In this document: positions 36,101 through 54,100 of the stretch, in pieces
Layout: every line of letters begins with the position of its first letter
How positions within the stretch are numbered: the first letter of the stretch is position 1
Origin: Eledone cirrhosa
Taxonomy: Eukaryota
Assembly: GCA_964016885.1 (NCBI GenBank)
Contig: OZ024740.1
Coordinates: forward strand, 316,386,001 to 316,450,000
Reading direction: 5' to 3'
Length of the DNA: 64,000 bases
The notes under the pieces: generated by a model
Seen by the model: only the letters and a program-made list of their open reading frames with translations
Told to the model about the DNA's origin: nothing
Databases searched by the model: none
Translations under genes and position numbers: made by a program

Positions 36101-39100
36101 CTATATTAAACTGTTGGACACTACTACCATCATATATAGAACTATATAAAACTGTTGGACACTACTACCATCATATATAGAACTATATTAAACTATTCGA
36201 CAGTGCTTCCACCATATATAGAACTATATTAAACTATTGGACACTACTACCATCATATATAGAACTATATTAAACTATTGGACACTACTACCATCAAATA
36301 TAAAACTATATCAAACTATTTTCTCCCCTCTTTCTGTTTCAACCAACCATAACTGTCCACTCATACTGATAAAGATATGGTTCTCAAAATAAATAATATC
36401 AAAATCTCATAGATACGATAATGTGTTAGGTAAAGCCTTTATCATGAAAACATAATAGTAAATATAAAGTAATGTAAATACTAAAGTTTAAACTGTATTG
36501 AAACAACTAACATCATATATTAAACTGTTGGAAACTACGGCCATCATATATAGAACTATATTAAACTATTCAACACTACTACCATCATATATCAATTATA
36601 TTAAACTATTGGACACAATTACCATCATATATAGAACTATATTAAACTATTCAACACTACTACCATCATATATAGAATTATATTAAGCTATTGGACACTA
36701 CTACCATCATATATAGAACTATACTAAACTATTGGACACTACTACCATCATATATAGAACTATATTAAACTATTGGACACTACTACCATAATATATAGAA
36801 CTATATTAAACTATTGGAAACTACTACCATCATATATAGAACTATATGAAACTATTGGACACTACTACCATCATATATAGAACTATATTAAACTGTTTTC
36901 ACACTACTACCATCATATATAGAACTATATTAAACTATTGGACAGTGCTTCCATCATATATAGAACTATATTAAACTGTTGGACACTACTACCATCATAT
37001 AAAGAACTATATTAAACTGTTGTACACTACTACCATCATATATAGAACTATATTAAACTATTTTCTCACCTCTTTCTGTTTCAACCAACCATAACTGGCC
37101 ACTCATACTGAGTAAGGTATGGTTCTCAAAATAAATAATAACAAAATCTCATAGATTCGATATTATGTTAGGTAAAGCCTTTATCATGCAAATATAATAG
37201 TAAACATGAAGTAATGCAAATACTAAAGTTTGAAATGTATTGAAACATCTACCATCATATATTAAACTGTTGGACACTACTACCATCATATATAGAACTA
37301 TATTAAGCAATTGGACAGTACTTCCATCATATATAGAACTATATTAAATTGTTGGACACTACTACCATCATATATAGAACTATATTATACTGTTGGAAAC
37401 TACTACCATCATATATAGAACTATATTAAACTATTGGACACTACTACCATAATATATAGAACTATATTAAACTGTTGGAAACTACTACCATCATATATAG
37501 AACTATATTAAACTATTGGACACTACTACCGTCATATATAGGACTATATTAAACTATTGGACACTACTACAATCATATATAGAACTATATTAAACTGTTG
37601 GACACTGCTACTATCATATATAGAACAATATTAAACAATTGGACACTGTTATTAAACTGACAACAATATTAAACTGTTGGACACTACTACAATCATATAT
37701 AGAACTATATTAAACTATTGGAAACTACTACCATCATATATAGAAGTATATTAAACTATTGGACACTACTACCATCATATATAGAACTATATTAAACTAT
37801 TGGAAACTACTACCATCTTATATAGAAGTATATTAAACTATTGGACACTACTACCATCATATATAGAACTATATTAAACTATTGGACACTACTACCATCA
37901 TATATAGAACTATATTAAACTATTGGACACTACTACCGTCATATATGGAACTATATTAAACTGTTGGACACTACTACCGTCATATATGGAACTATATTAA
38001 ACTGTTGGACACTACTACCATCATATATAGAACTATGTTAAACTATTGGACACTACTACCATCACATATAGAACTATATTAAACTATGGGACAATACTAC
38101 CATCATATATAGAACTATATTAAACTATTTTCTCACCTCTTTCTGTTTCAACCAATCATAACTGGCCACTCATACTGATTAAGGTATGGTTCTCAAAATA
38201 AAAAATAACAAAATGTCATAGATTCGATATTATGTTAGGTAAAGCCTTTGTCATGCAAATATAATAGTAAATATAAAGTAATGTAAATACTAAAGTTTAA
38301 ACTGTATTGAAACAACTACCATCATATATTAAACTGTTGGACACTACGGCCATCATATATAGAACTATATTAAACTATTGGACAGTGCTACCATCATATA
38401 TAGAACTATATTAAACTATGGGACACTACTACCATCATATATAGAACTATATTAAACTATTCGACACTACTACCATCATATATAGAATTATATTAAACTA
38501 TTGGACACTACTACCATCATCTATAGAATTATATTAAACTATTGGACACTACTACCATCATCTATAGAATTATATTAAACTATTGGACACTACTACCATC
38601 ATATATAGAACTATATTAAACTGTTGGACACTACTACCATCATATATAGAACTATATTAAACTGTTGGACACTACTACCATCATATATAGAACTATATTA
38701 AACTATTGGAGACTACTACCATCATATATAGAATTATGTTAAACTATTGGACACTACTACCATCATATATAGAACTATATTAAACTATTGGACACTACTA
38801 CCATCATATATAGAACTATATTAAACTATTGATCACTACTACCATCATATATGGAACTATATTAAACTGTTGGACACTACCACCGTTATATATAGAACTA
38901 TATTAAACTATTGGACAGTGCTTCCATCATATATAGAACTATATTAAACTGTTGGACACTACTACCGTCATATATAGGACTATATTAAACTATTGGACAC
39001 TACTACAATCATATATAGAACTATATTAAACTGTGGGACACTACTACCATCATATATAGAACTATATTAAACTATTGGACACTACTACCATCATATATAG

Positions 39101-42100
39101 AACAATATTAAACAATTGGACAGTGCTTCCATCATATATAGAACTATATTAAACTGTTGGACACTACTACCATCATATATAGAACTATATTAAACTATTG
39201 GAAACTACTACCATCATATATAGAAGTATAATAAACTATTGGACACTACTACCATCATATATAGAACTATATTAAACTATTGGACACTACTACCATCATA
39301 TATAGAACTATATTAAACTATTGGACACTACTACCATCATATATAGAACTATATTAAACTATTGGACACTACTACCATCATATATAGAACTATATTAAAC
39401 TATTGGACACTACTACCATCATATATAGAACTATATTAAACTATTGGACACTACTATCATCATATATAGAACTATATTAAACTATTGGACACTACTACCA
39501 TCATATATAGAACTATATTAAACTATTCGACACTATTACCATCATATATAGAACTATATTAAACTATGGGACACTACTACCATCATATATAGAAGTATAT
39601 TAAACATTTGTACACTACTACCATCATATATAGAACTATATTAAACTATTGGACACTATTATCATCATATATAGAACTATATTAAACAATGGGACAGTGC
39701 TTCCATCATATATAGAACTATATTAAACTGTTGGACACTGCTACCATCATATATAGAACTATATTAAACTATTGGAAACTACTACCATCATATATAGAAG
39801 TATATTAAACTATTGGACACTACTACCATCATATATAGAACTATTGGACACTACTACCATCATATATGGAACTATATTAAACTATGGGACACTACTACCA
39901 TCATATATAGAACTATATTAAACTATTGGACACTACTACCATCATATATGGAAGTATATTAAACTATGGGACACAACTACCATCATATATAGAACTATAT
40001 TAAACTATTGGTCACTACTACCATCATATATAAAACTATATTAAACTATTTTCTCACCTCTTCCTGTTTCAACCAATCATAAATGGCCACTCATACTGAG
40101 TAAGGTATGTTTCTCAATATAAATAATAACAAAATCTCATACATTCGATATTATGTTTGGTAAAGCCTTTATCATGCAAATATAATAGTAAATATAAAGT
40201 AATGTAATTACTAAAGTTTAAACTGTATTGAAACAACTACCGTCATATATTAAACTGTTGGACACTACGGCGATCATATATAGAACTATATTAAGCTATG
40301 GGACACTACTACCATCATATATAGAGCTATATTAAACTATTGGACACTACGGCCATCATATATAGAACTATATTAAGCTATGGGACACTACTACCATCAT
40401 ATATAGAACTATATTAAACTATTGGACACTACTACCATCATATATAGAACTATATTAAACTATTGGACACTACTACCATCCTATATAGAACTATATTAAA
40501 CAATTGGACAGTGCTTCCATCATATATAGAACTATATTAAACTATTGGACACTACTACCATCATATATAGAACTATATTAAACTGTTGTACACTACTACC
40601 ATCATATATAGAACTATATTAAACTATTTTCTTACCTCTTTCTGTTTCAACCAACCATAACTGGCCACTCATCCTGATAAAGGTATGGTTCTAAAAATAA
40701 ATACTATCAAAATATCATAGATTCGATAATATGATAGGTAAAGCCTTTATCATGAAAATATAATAGTAAATATAAAGTAATGTAAATACTAAAGTTTAAA
40801 CTGTATTGAAACAACTACCATCATATATTAAACTGTTGGACACTACGGCCATCATATATAGAACTATATTAAACTATTCGACACTACTACCATCATATAT
40901 AGAACTATATTAAACTATTGGACACTACTACCATCATATATAGAACTATATTAAACTGTTGTACACTACTACCATCATATATAGAACTATATTAAACAAT
41001 TGGACACTACTACCAACATATATAGAATTATATTGAACTATTGGACACTACTACCATCATATATAGAACTATATTAAACTGTTGGACACTGCTACCATCA
41101 TATATAGAACTATATTAAACTATTGGACACTACTACCATAATATATAGAACTATATTAAACTATTGGACACTACTACCATCATATATAGAACTATATTAC
41201 ACTGTTGGAAACTACTACCATCATATATAGAACTATATTAAACGATTGGAAACTACTACCATCATATATAGAACTATATTAAACTATTGGACACTACTAC
41301 CATCATATATAGAACTATATTAAACTGTTGTACACTACTACCATCATATATAGAACTATATTAAACAATTGGACAGTGCTTCCATCATATATAGAACTAT
41401 ATTAAACTGTTGTACACTACTACCATCATATATAGAACTATATTAAACAATTGGACACTGCTACCATCATATATAGAACTATATTAAACTGTTGTACACT
41501 ACTAGCATCATATATAGAACTATATTAAACAATTGGACACTGCTACCATCACATATAGAACTATATTAAACTGTTGGACACTACTACCATCATATATAGA
41601 ACTATATAAAACTGTTGGACACTACTACCATCATATATAGAACTATATTAAACTATTCGACAGTGCTTCCACCATATATAGAACTATATTAAACTATTGG
41701 ACACTACTACCATCATATATAGAACTATATTAAACTATTGGACACTACTACCATCAAATATAAAACTATATCAAACTATTTTCTCCCCTCTTTCTGTTTC
41801 AACCAACCATAACTGTCCACTCATACTGATAAAGATATGGTTCTCAAAATAAATAATATCAAAATCTCATAGATACGATAATGTGTTAGGTAAAGCCTTT
41901 ATCATGAAAACAAAATAGTAAATATAAAGTAATGTAAATACTAAAGTTTAAACTGTATTGAAACAACTAACATCATATATTAAACTGTTGGAAACTACGG
42001 CCATCATATATAGAACTATATTAAACTATTCAACACTACTACCATCATATATCAATTATATTAAACTATTGGACACTACTACCATCATATATAGAACTAT

Positions 42101-45100
42101 ATTAAACTATTCAACACTACTACCATCATATATAGAATTATATTAAGCTATTGGACACTACTACCATCATATATAGAACTATACTAAACTATTGGACACT
42201 ACTACCATCATATATAGAACTATATTAAACTATTGGACACTACTACCATAATATATAGAACTATATTAAACTATTGGAAACTACTACCATCATATATAGA
42301 ACTATATGAAACTATTGGACACTACTACCATCATATATAGAACTATATTAAACTGTTTTCACACTACTACCATCATATATAGAACTATATTAAACTATTG
42401 GACAGTGCTTCCATCATATATAGAACTATATTAAACTGTTGGACACTACTACCATCATATAAAGAACTATATTAAACTGTTGTACACTACTACCATCATA
42501 TATAGAACTATATTAAACTATTTTCTCACCTCTTTCTGTTTCAACCAACCATCACTGGCCACTCATACTGAGTAAGGTATGGTTCTCAAAATAAATAATA
42601 ACAAAATCTCATAGATTCGATATTATGTTAGGTAAAGCCTTTATCATGCAAATATAATAGTAAACATGAAGTAATGCAAATACTAAAGTTTGAAATGTAT
42701 TGAAACATCTACCATCATATATTAAACTGTTGGACACTACTACCATCATATATAGAACTATATTAAGCAATTGGACAGTACTTCCATCATATATAGAACT
42801 ATATTAAATTGTTGGACACTACTACCATCATATATAGAACTATATTATACTGTTGGAAACTACTACCATCATATATAGAACTATATTAAACTATTGGACA
42901 CTACTACCATAATATATAGAACTATATTAAACTGTTGGAAACTACTACCATCATATATAGAACTATATTAAACTATTGGACACTACTACCGTCATATATA
43001 GGACTATATTAAACTATTGGACACTACTACAATCATATATAGAACTATATTAAACTGTTGGACACTGCTACTATCATATATAGAACAATATTAAACAATT
43101 GGACACTGTTATTAAACTGACAACAATATTAAACTGTTGGACACTACTACAATCATATATAGAACTATATTAAACTATTGGAAACTACTACCATCATATA
43201 TAGAAGTATATTAAACTATTGGACACTACTACCATCATATATAGAACTATATTAAACTATTGGAAACTACTACCATCTTATATAGAAGTATATTAAACTA
43301 TTGGACACTACTACCATCATATATAGAACTATATTAAACTATTGGACACTACTACCATCATATATAGAACTATATTAAACTATTGGACACTACTACCGTC
43401 ATATATGGAACTATATTAAACTGTTGGACACTACTACCGTCATATATGGAACTATATTAAACTGTTGGACACTACTACCATCATATATAGAACTATGTTA
43501 AACTATTGGACACTACTACCATCACATATAGAACTATATTAAACTATGGGACAATACTACCATCATATATAGAACTATATTAAACTATTTTCTCACCTCT
43601 TTCTGTTTCAACCAATCATAACTGGCCACTCATACTGATTAAGGTATGGTTCTCAAAATAAAAAATAACAAAATGTCATAGATTCGATATTATGTTAGGT
43701 AAAGCCTTTGTCATGCAAATATAATAGTAAATATAAAGTAATGTAAATACTAAAGTTTAAACTGTATTGAAACAACTACCATCATATATTAAACTGTTGG
43801 ACACTACGGCCATCATATATAGAACTATATTAAACTATTGGACAGTGCTACCATCATATATAGAACTATATTAAACTATGGGACACTACTACCATCATAT
43901 ATAGAACTATATTAAACTATTCGACACTACTACCATCATATATAGAATTATATTAAACTATTGGACACTACTACCATCATCTATAGAATTATATTAAACT
44001 ATTGGACACTACTACCATCATCTATAGAATTATATTAAACTATTGGACACTACTACCATCATATATAGAACTATATTAAACTGTTGGACACTACTACCAT
44101 CATATATAGAACTATATTAAACTGTTGGACACTACTACCATCATATATAGAACTATATTAAACTATTGGAGACTACTACCATCATATATAGAATTATGTT
44201 AAACTATTGGACACTACTACCATCATATATAGAACTATATTAAACTATTGGACACTACTACCATCATATATAGAACTATATTAAACTATTGATCACTACT
44301 ACCATCATATATGGAACTATATTAAACTGTTGGACACTACCACCGTTATATATAGAACTATATTAAACTATTGGACAGTGCTTCCATCATATATAGAACT
44401 ATATTAAACTGTTGGACACTACTACCGTCATATATAGGACTATATTAAACTATTGGACACTACTACAATCATATATAGAACTATATTAAACTGTGGGACA
44501 CTACTACCATCATATATAGAACTATATTAAACTATTGGACACTACTACCATCATATATAGAACAATATTAAACAATTGGACAGTGCTTCCATCATATATA
44601 GAACTATATTAAACTGTTGGACACTACTACTATCATATATAGAACTATATTAAACTATTGGAAACTACTACCATCATATATAGAAGTATAATAAACTATT
44701 GGACACTACTACCATCATATATAGAACTATATTAAACTATTGGACACTACTACCATCATATATAGAACTATATTAAACTATTGGACACTACTACCATCAT
44801 ATATAGAACTATATTAAACTATTGGACACTACTACCATCATATATAGAACTATATTAAACTATTGGACACTACTACCATCATATATAGAACTATATTAAA
44901 CTATTGGACACTACTACCATCATATATAGAACTATATTAAACTATTGGACACTACTACCATCATATATAGAACTATATTAAACTATTCGACACTATTACC
45001 ATCATATATAGAACTATATTAAACTATTGGACACTACTACCATCATATATAGAACTATATTAAACTATTCGACACTATTAACATCATATATAGAACTATA

Positions 45101-48100
45101 TTAAACTATGGGACACTACTACCATCATATATAGAAGTATATTAAACATTTGTACACTACTACCATCATATATAGAACTATATTAAACTATTGGAAACTA
45201 TTACCATCATCTATAGAACTATATTAAACTATTGGACACTACTAGCATCATATATCGAACTATATTAAACTATTGGACACTACTACCATCATATGTAGAA
45301 CTATATTAAACTATTGGACACTACTACCATCATATATCGAACTATATTAAACTATTGGACACTACTACCATCATATGTAGAACTATATTAAACTATTGGA
45401 CACTACTACCATCATATATCGAACTATATTAAACTATTGGACACTACTACCATCATATATTAAACTGTTGGACACTACGGCCATCATATATAGAACTATA
45501 TTAAACTATTCGACACTACTACCATCATATATAGAACTATATTAAACTATTGGACACTAATACCGTCATATATCGAACTATATTAAACTATTCGACACTA
45601 TTACCATCATATATAGAACTATATTAAACTATGGGACACTACTACCATCATATATAGAAGTATATTAAACTATTGGACACTACTACCATCATATGTAGAA
45701 CTATATTAAACTATTGGACACTACTACCATCATATATCGAACTATATTAAACTGTTGGACACTACTACCATCATATGTAGAACTATATTAAACTATTGGA
45801 CACTACTACCATCATATATAGAACTATATTAAACTATTGGACACTAATACCGTCATATATAGAACTATATTAAACTATTGGACACTACTACCGTCATATA
45901 TAGAACTATATGAAACTGTTGGACACTACTACCATCATATATAGAACTATATTAAACAATTGGACAGTGCTTCCATCATATATAGAACTATATTAAACTG
46001 TTGGACACTACTACCATCATATATAGAACTATATTAAACTATTGGACACTACTACCATCATATATCGAACTATATTAAACTGTTGGACACTACTACCATC
46101 ATATGTAGAACTATATTAAACTATTGGACACTACTACCATCATATATAGAACTATATTAAACTATTGGACACTACTACCATCATATATGGAACTATATTA
46201 AACTATGGGACACTACTACCATCGTATATAGAACTATATTTAAATATTGGACACTACTACCATCATATATAGAACTATATTAAACTATTGGGCACTACTA
46301 CCATCATATATAAAACTATATTAAACTATTTTCTCACCTCTTCCTGTTTCAACCAATCATAACTGGCCACTCATACTAAGTAAGGTATGGTTCTCAAAAT
46401 AAATAATAACAAAATCTCATAGATTCGATATTATGTCAGGTAAAGCCTTTGTCATGCAAATATAATAGTAAATATAAAGTAATGTAAATACTAAAGTTTA
46501 AACTGTATTGAAACAACTACCATCATATATTAAACTGTTGGACACTACGGCCATCATATATAGAACTATATTAAACTATTGGACACTACTATCATCATAT
46601 ATAGAACTATATTAAACTATTGGACACTACTACCATCATATATAAAACTATATTAAACTGTTGGACACTACTACCATCATATGTAGAACTATATTAAACT
46701 GTTGGAAACTACTACCATCATATATAGAACTATATTAAACTGTTGGACACTACTACCATCATATCTAGAACAATATTAAACTATTGGAAACTACTACCAT
46801 CATATATAGAACTATATTAAACTATTGGACACTACTACCATCATCTATAGAACTATATTAAACTATTGGAAACTACTACCATCATATATAGAACTATATT
46901 AAACTATTGGATACTACTACCATCATATATAGAACTATATTAAACATTTGGACACTACTACCATCATATATAGAACTATATAAAACTATTGGACACTGCT
47001 ACCATCATATATAGAACTATATTAAACTATTGGACACTACTACCATCATATATAGAACTATATTAAACTATTGGAAACTACTACCATCATCTATAGAACT
47101 ATATTAAACTATTGGACACTACTACCATCATATATCGAACTATATTAAACTATTGGACACTACTACCATCATATGTAGAACTATATTAAACTATTGGACA
47201 CTACTACCATCATATATAGAACTATATTAAACTGTTGGACACTACCAACGTCATATATAGAACTATATTAAACTATTGGACACTATTACCATCATATATA
47301 GAACTATATTAAACTGTTGTACACTACTGGCATCATATATAGAACTATATTAAACATTTGGACACTACTACCATCATATATAGAACTATATTAAACTATT
47401 GGAAACTACTACCATCATCTATAGAACTATATTAAACTATTGGACACTACTACCATCATATATAGAACTATATTAAACATTTGGACACTACTACCATCAT
47501 ATATAGAACTATATTAAACTATTGGAAACTACTACCATCATCTATAGAACTATATTAAACTATTGGACACTACTATCATCATATATCGAACTATATTAAA
47601 CTATTTGACACTACTACCATCATATGTAGAACTATATTAAACTATTGGACACTACTACCATCATATATAGAACTATATTAAACTGTTGGACACTACGGCC
47701 ATCATATATAGAACTATATTAAACTATTGGACACTACTACCGTCATATATAGAACTATATTAAACTATTGGACACTACTACAATCATATATAGAACTATA
47801 TTAAACTATTGGATACTACTACCATCATATATAGAACTATATTAATCTATTGGACACTACTACCATCATATATAGAACTATATTAAACTATTGGACACTA
47901 CTACCATCATATATAGAACTATATTAAACAATTGGACACTACTACCAATATATATAGAACTATATTAAACTATTGGACGCTACTACCATAATATATAGAA
48001 CTATATTAAACTGTTGGAAACTACTACCATCATATATAGAACTATATTAAACTATTGGACACTAATACCATCATATATAGAACTATATTAAACTATTGGA

Positions 48101-51100
48101 CACTACTACCGTCATATATAGAACTATATTAAACTATTGGACACTACTACAATCATATATAGAACTATATTAAACTATTGGATACTACTACCATCATATA
48201 TAGAACTATATTAATCTATTGGACACTACTACCATCATATATAGAACTATATTAAACTATTGGACACTACTACCATCATATATAGAACTATATTAAACAA
48301 TTGGACACTACTACCAATATATATAGAACTATATTAAACTATTGGACACTACTACCATAATATATAGAACTATATTAAACTATTTGATACTACTACGATC
48401 ATATATAGAACTATATTAAACTGTTGGACACTACTACCATCATATATAGAACTATATTAAACAATTGGACATTGCTTCCATCATATATAGAACTATATTA
48501 AACTATTGGACACTACTACCGTCATATATAGAACTATATGAAACTGTTGGACACTACTACCATCATATATAGAACTATATTAAACAATTGGACAGTGCTT
48601 TCATCATATATAGAACTGTATTAAACTATTGGACACTAACAACGTCATATATAGAACTATATTAAACTATTGGACACTACTACCATCATATATGGAACTA
48701 TAATAAACTATGGGACACTACTACCATCGTATATAGAACTATATTAAACTATTGGACACTACTACCATCATATATAAAACTATATTAAACTATTTTCTCA
48801 CCTCTTCCTGTTTCAACCAATTATAACTGGCCACTCATACTGAGTTAGGTATGGTTCTCAAAATAAATAATAACAAAATCTGATAGATTCGATATTATGT
48901 TAGGTAAAGCCTTTATCATTCAAGTATAATAGTAAATATAAAATAATGTAAATACTAAAGTTTAAACTGTATTGAAACAACTACCATCATATATTAAACT
49001 GTTGGACACTACGGCCATCATATATAGAACTATATTAAACTATTCGACACTACTACCATCATATATAGAACTATATTAAACTATTGGACACTACTACCAT
49101 CATATATAGAACTATATTAAACTATTGGACACTACTACCATCATATATAGAACTATATTAAACTATTGGAAACTACTACCATCATATATAGAACTATATT
49201 AAACTATTGGATACTACGGCCATCATATATAGAACTATATTAAACTATTCGACACTACTACCATCATATATAGAACTATATTAAACTATTCGACACTATT
49301 ACCATCATATATAGAACTATATTAAACTATTCGACACTAATACCATCATATATAGAATTATATTAAACTATTGGACACTACTACCATCATATATAGAACA
49401 ATATTAAACTATTGGACTCTACTAGCATCATATATAGAACTATATTAAACTATGGGACACTACTACCATCATATATAGAAGTATATTAAACTATTGGACA
49501 CTACCAACGTCATATATAGAACTATATTAAACTATTGGACACTACTACCATCATATATAGAACTATATTAAACATTTGGACACTACTACCGTCATATATA
49601 GAACTATATTAAACTATTGGACACTACTACCATCATATATAGAACTATATTAAACTATTGGATACTACTACCATCATATATAGAACTATATTAATCTATT
49701 GGACACTACTACCATAATATATAGAACTATTTTAAACTGTTGGAAACTACTACCATCATATATAGAACTATATTAAACTATTGGACACTAATACCGTCAT
49801 ATATAGAACTATATTAAACTATTGGACACTACTACCGTCATATATAGAACTATATGAAACTGTTGGACACTACTACCATCATATATAGAACTATATTAAA
49901 CAATTGGACAGTGCTTTCATCATATATAGAACTGTATTAAACTGTTGGACACTACTACCATCATATATAGAACTATATTAAACAATTGTAAACTACTACC
50001 ATCATATATAGAACTATATTAAACTATTCGACACTACCAACGTCATATATAGAACTATATTAAACTATTGGACACTACTACCTTCATATATGGAACTATA
50101 TTAAACTATGGGACACTACTACCGTCATATATAGAACTATATGAAACTGTTGGACACTACTACCATCATATATAGAACTATATTAAACAATTGGACAGTA
50201 CTTTCATCATATATAGAACTGTATTAAACTGTTGTACACTACTACCATCGTATATAGAACTATATTTAACTATTGGACACTACTACCATCATATGTAGAA
50301 CTATATTAAACTATTGGGCACTACTACCATCATATATAAAACTATATTAAACTATTTTCTCACCTATTCCCGTTTCAACCAATCATAACTGGCCACTCAT
50401 AATAAGTAAGGTATGGTTCTCAAAATAAATAATAACAAAATCTCATAGATTCGATATCATGTCAGGTAAAGCCTTTGTCATGCAAATATAATAGTAAATA
50501 TAAAGTAATGTAAATACTAAAGTTTAAACTGTATTGAAACAACTACCATCATATATTAAACTGTTGGACACTACGGCCATCATATATAGAACTATATTAA
50601 ACTATTCGACACTACTATCATCATATATAGAACTATATTAAACTATTGGACACTACTACCATCATATATAGAATTATATTAAACTATTGTACACTACTAC
50701 TATCATATATAGAACTATATTAAACTATTGGACACTACTACCATCATATATAAAACTATATTAAACTGTTGGACACTGCTACCATCATATATAGAACTAT
50801 ATAAAACTGTTGGACGCTACTACCATCATATGTAGAACTATATTAAACTATTGGACACTACTACCATCATATATAGAACTATATTAAACTATTGGAAACT
50901 ACTACCATCATCTATAGAACTATATTAAACTATTGGACACTACTAACATCATATATAGAACTATATTAAACTATTGGACACTACTACCATCATATATAGA
51001 ACTATATTAAACTGTTGGACACTACTACCATCATATATAGAACTATATTAAACTATTGGAAAATTCTACCATCATATATAGAACTATATTAAACTATTGG

Positions 51101-54100
51101 ACACTACTACCATCATCTATAGAACTATATTAAACTATTGGAAAGTACTACCATCATATATAGAACTATATTAAACTATTGGATACTACTACCATCATAT
51201 GTAGAACTATATTAAACATTTGGACACTACTACCATCATATATAGAACTATATTAAACTATTGGAAACTACTACCATCATCTATAGAACTATATTAAACT
51301 ATTGGACACTACTACCATCATATATCGAACTATATTAAACTATTGGACACTACTACCATCATATGTAGAACTATATTAAACTATTGGACACTACTACCAT
51401 CATATATAGAACTATATTAAACTGTTGGACACTACTACCAATATATATAGAAGTATATTAAACTATTGGACACTACTACCGTCATATATAGAACTATATT
51501 AAACTGTTGGACACTACTACCATCATATATAGAACTATATTAAACTATTGGAAACTACTACCATCATATATAGAACTATATTAAACTATTGGATACTACT
51601 ACTATCATATATAGAACTATAGTAAACTATTGGACACTACTACAATCATATATAGAACTATATTAAACTATTGGATACTACTACCATCATATATAGAACT
51701 ATATTAATCTGTTGGACACTACTACCATCATATATAGAACTATATTAAACAATTGGACAGTGCTTCCATCATATATAGAACTATATTAAACTGTTGGACA
51801 ATACTACCATCATATATAGAACTATATTAAACAATTGGAAACTACTACCATCATATATAGAACTATATTAAACTATTGGACACTAACAACGTCATATATA
51901 GAACTATATTAAACTATTGGACACTACTACCATCATATATGGAACTATATTAAACTATGGGACACTACTACCATCGTATATAGAACTATATTAAACTATT
52001 GGACACTACTACCATCATATATAAAACTATATTAAACTGTTGTACACTGCTACCATCATATATAGAACTATATAAAACTGTTGGACACTACTACCATCAT
52101 ATATAGAACTATATTAAACTATTGGACACTACTACCATCATCTATAGAACTATATTAAACTATTGGACACTACTACCATCATATGTAGAACTATATTAAA
52201 CTATTGGACACTACTACATCATATATAAAACTATATTAAACTGTTGGACACTGCTACCATCATATATAGAACTATATAAATCTGTTGGACACTACTACCA
52301 TCATATGTAGAACTATATTAAACTATTGGACACTACTACCATCATATATAGAACTATATTAAACTATTGGAAACTACTACCATCATCTATAGAACAATAT
52401 TAAACTATTGGACACTACTAACATCATATATAGAACTATTTTAAACAATTGGACACTACTACCATCATATATAGAACTATATTAAACTGTTGGACACTAC
52501 TACCATCATATATAGAACTATATTAAACTATTGGAAACTACTACCATCATATATAGAACTATATTAAACTATTGGACACTACTACCATCATATATAGAAC
52601 TATATTAAACTGTTGGACACTACCAACGTCATATATAGAACTATATTAAACTATTGGACACTATTACCATCATATATAGAACTATCTTAAACTGTTGTAC
52701 ACTACTGGCATCATATATAGAACTATATTGAACATTTGGACACTACTACCATCATATATAGAACTATATTAAACAATTGGACACTACTACCAATATATAT
52801 AGAAGTATATTAAACTATTGGACACTACTACCGTCATATATAGAACTATATTAAACTGTTGGACACTACTACCATCATATATAGAACTATATTAAACAAT
52901 TGTAAACTACTACCATCATATATAGAACTATATTAAACTATTGGACACTACCAACGTCATATATAGAATTATATTAAACTATTGGACACTACTACCATCA
53001 TATATGGAACTATAATAAACTATGGGACACTACTACCATCGTATATAGAACTATATTAAACTATTGGACACTACTACCATCATATATAGAATTATATTAA
53101 ACTATTGGACACTACTACCATCATATATGGAACTATAATAAACTATGGGACACTACTACCATCGTATATAGAACTATATTAAACTATTGGACACTACTAC
53201 CATCATATATTAAACTGTTGGACACTACGGCCATCATATATAGAACTATATTAAACTATTCGACACTACTACCATCATATATAGAACTATATTAAACTAT
53301 TCGACACTATTACCATCATATATAGAACTATATTAAACTATTCGACACTAATACCATCATATATAGAATTATATTAAACTATTGGACACTACTACCATCA
53401 TATATAGAACTATATTAAACAATTGGACACTACTACCATCATATATAGAACAATATTAAACTATTGGACACTACTAGCATCATATATAGAACTATATTAA
53501 ACTATGGGACTCTACTACCATCATATATAGAAGTATATTAAACTATTGGACACTACCAACGTCATATATAGAACTATATTAAACTATTGGACACTACTAC
53601 AATCATATATAGAACTATATTAAACTGTTGTACACTACTACCATCATATATAGAACTATATTAAACATTTGGACACTACTACCATCATATATAGAACTAT
53701 ATTAAACTATTGGAAACTACTACCATCATCTATAGAACTATATTAAACTATTGGACACTACTACCATCATATATCGAACTATATTAAACTATTGGACACT
53801 ACTACCATCATATGTAGAACTATATTAAACTATTGGACACTACTACCATCATATATAGAACTATGTTAAACCGTTGGACACTACTACCATCATATATAGA
53901 ACTATATTAAACTATTGGACACTACTACCGTCATATATAGAACTATATTAAACTATTGGACACTACTACAATCATATATAGAACTATATTAAACTATTGG
54001 ATACTACTACCATCATATATAGAACTATATTAATCTATTGGACACTACTACCATAATATATAGAACTATATTAAACTGTTGGAAACTACTACCATCATAT

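Noticed and set aside
36498-42146. Twin 62-aa ORFs in the satellite
   Set aside because: Chance read-through of the 41-mer, whose consensus hits TAA every three monomers; duplicated by the 5460-bp HOR.
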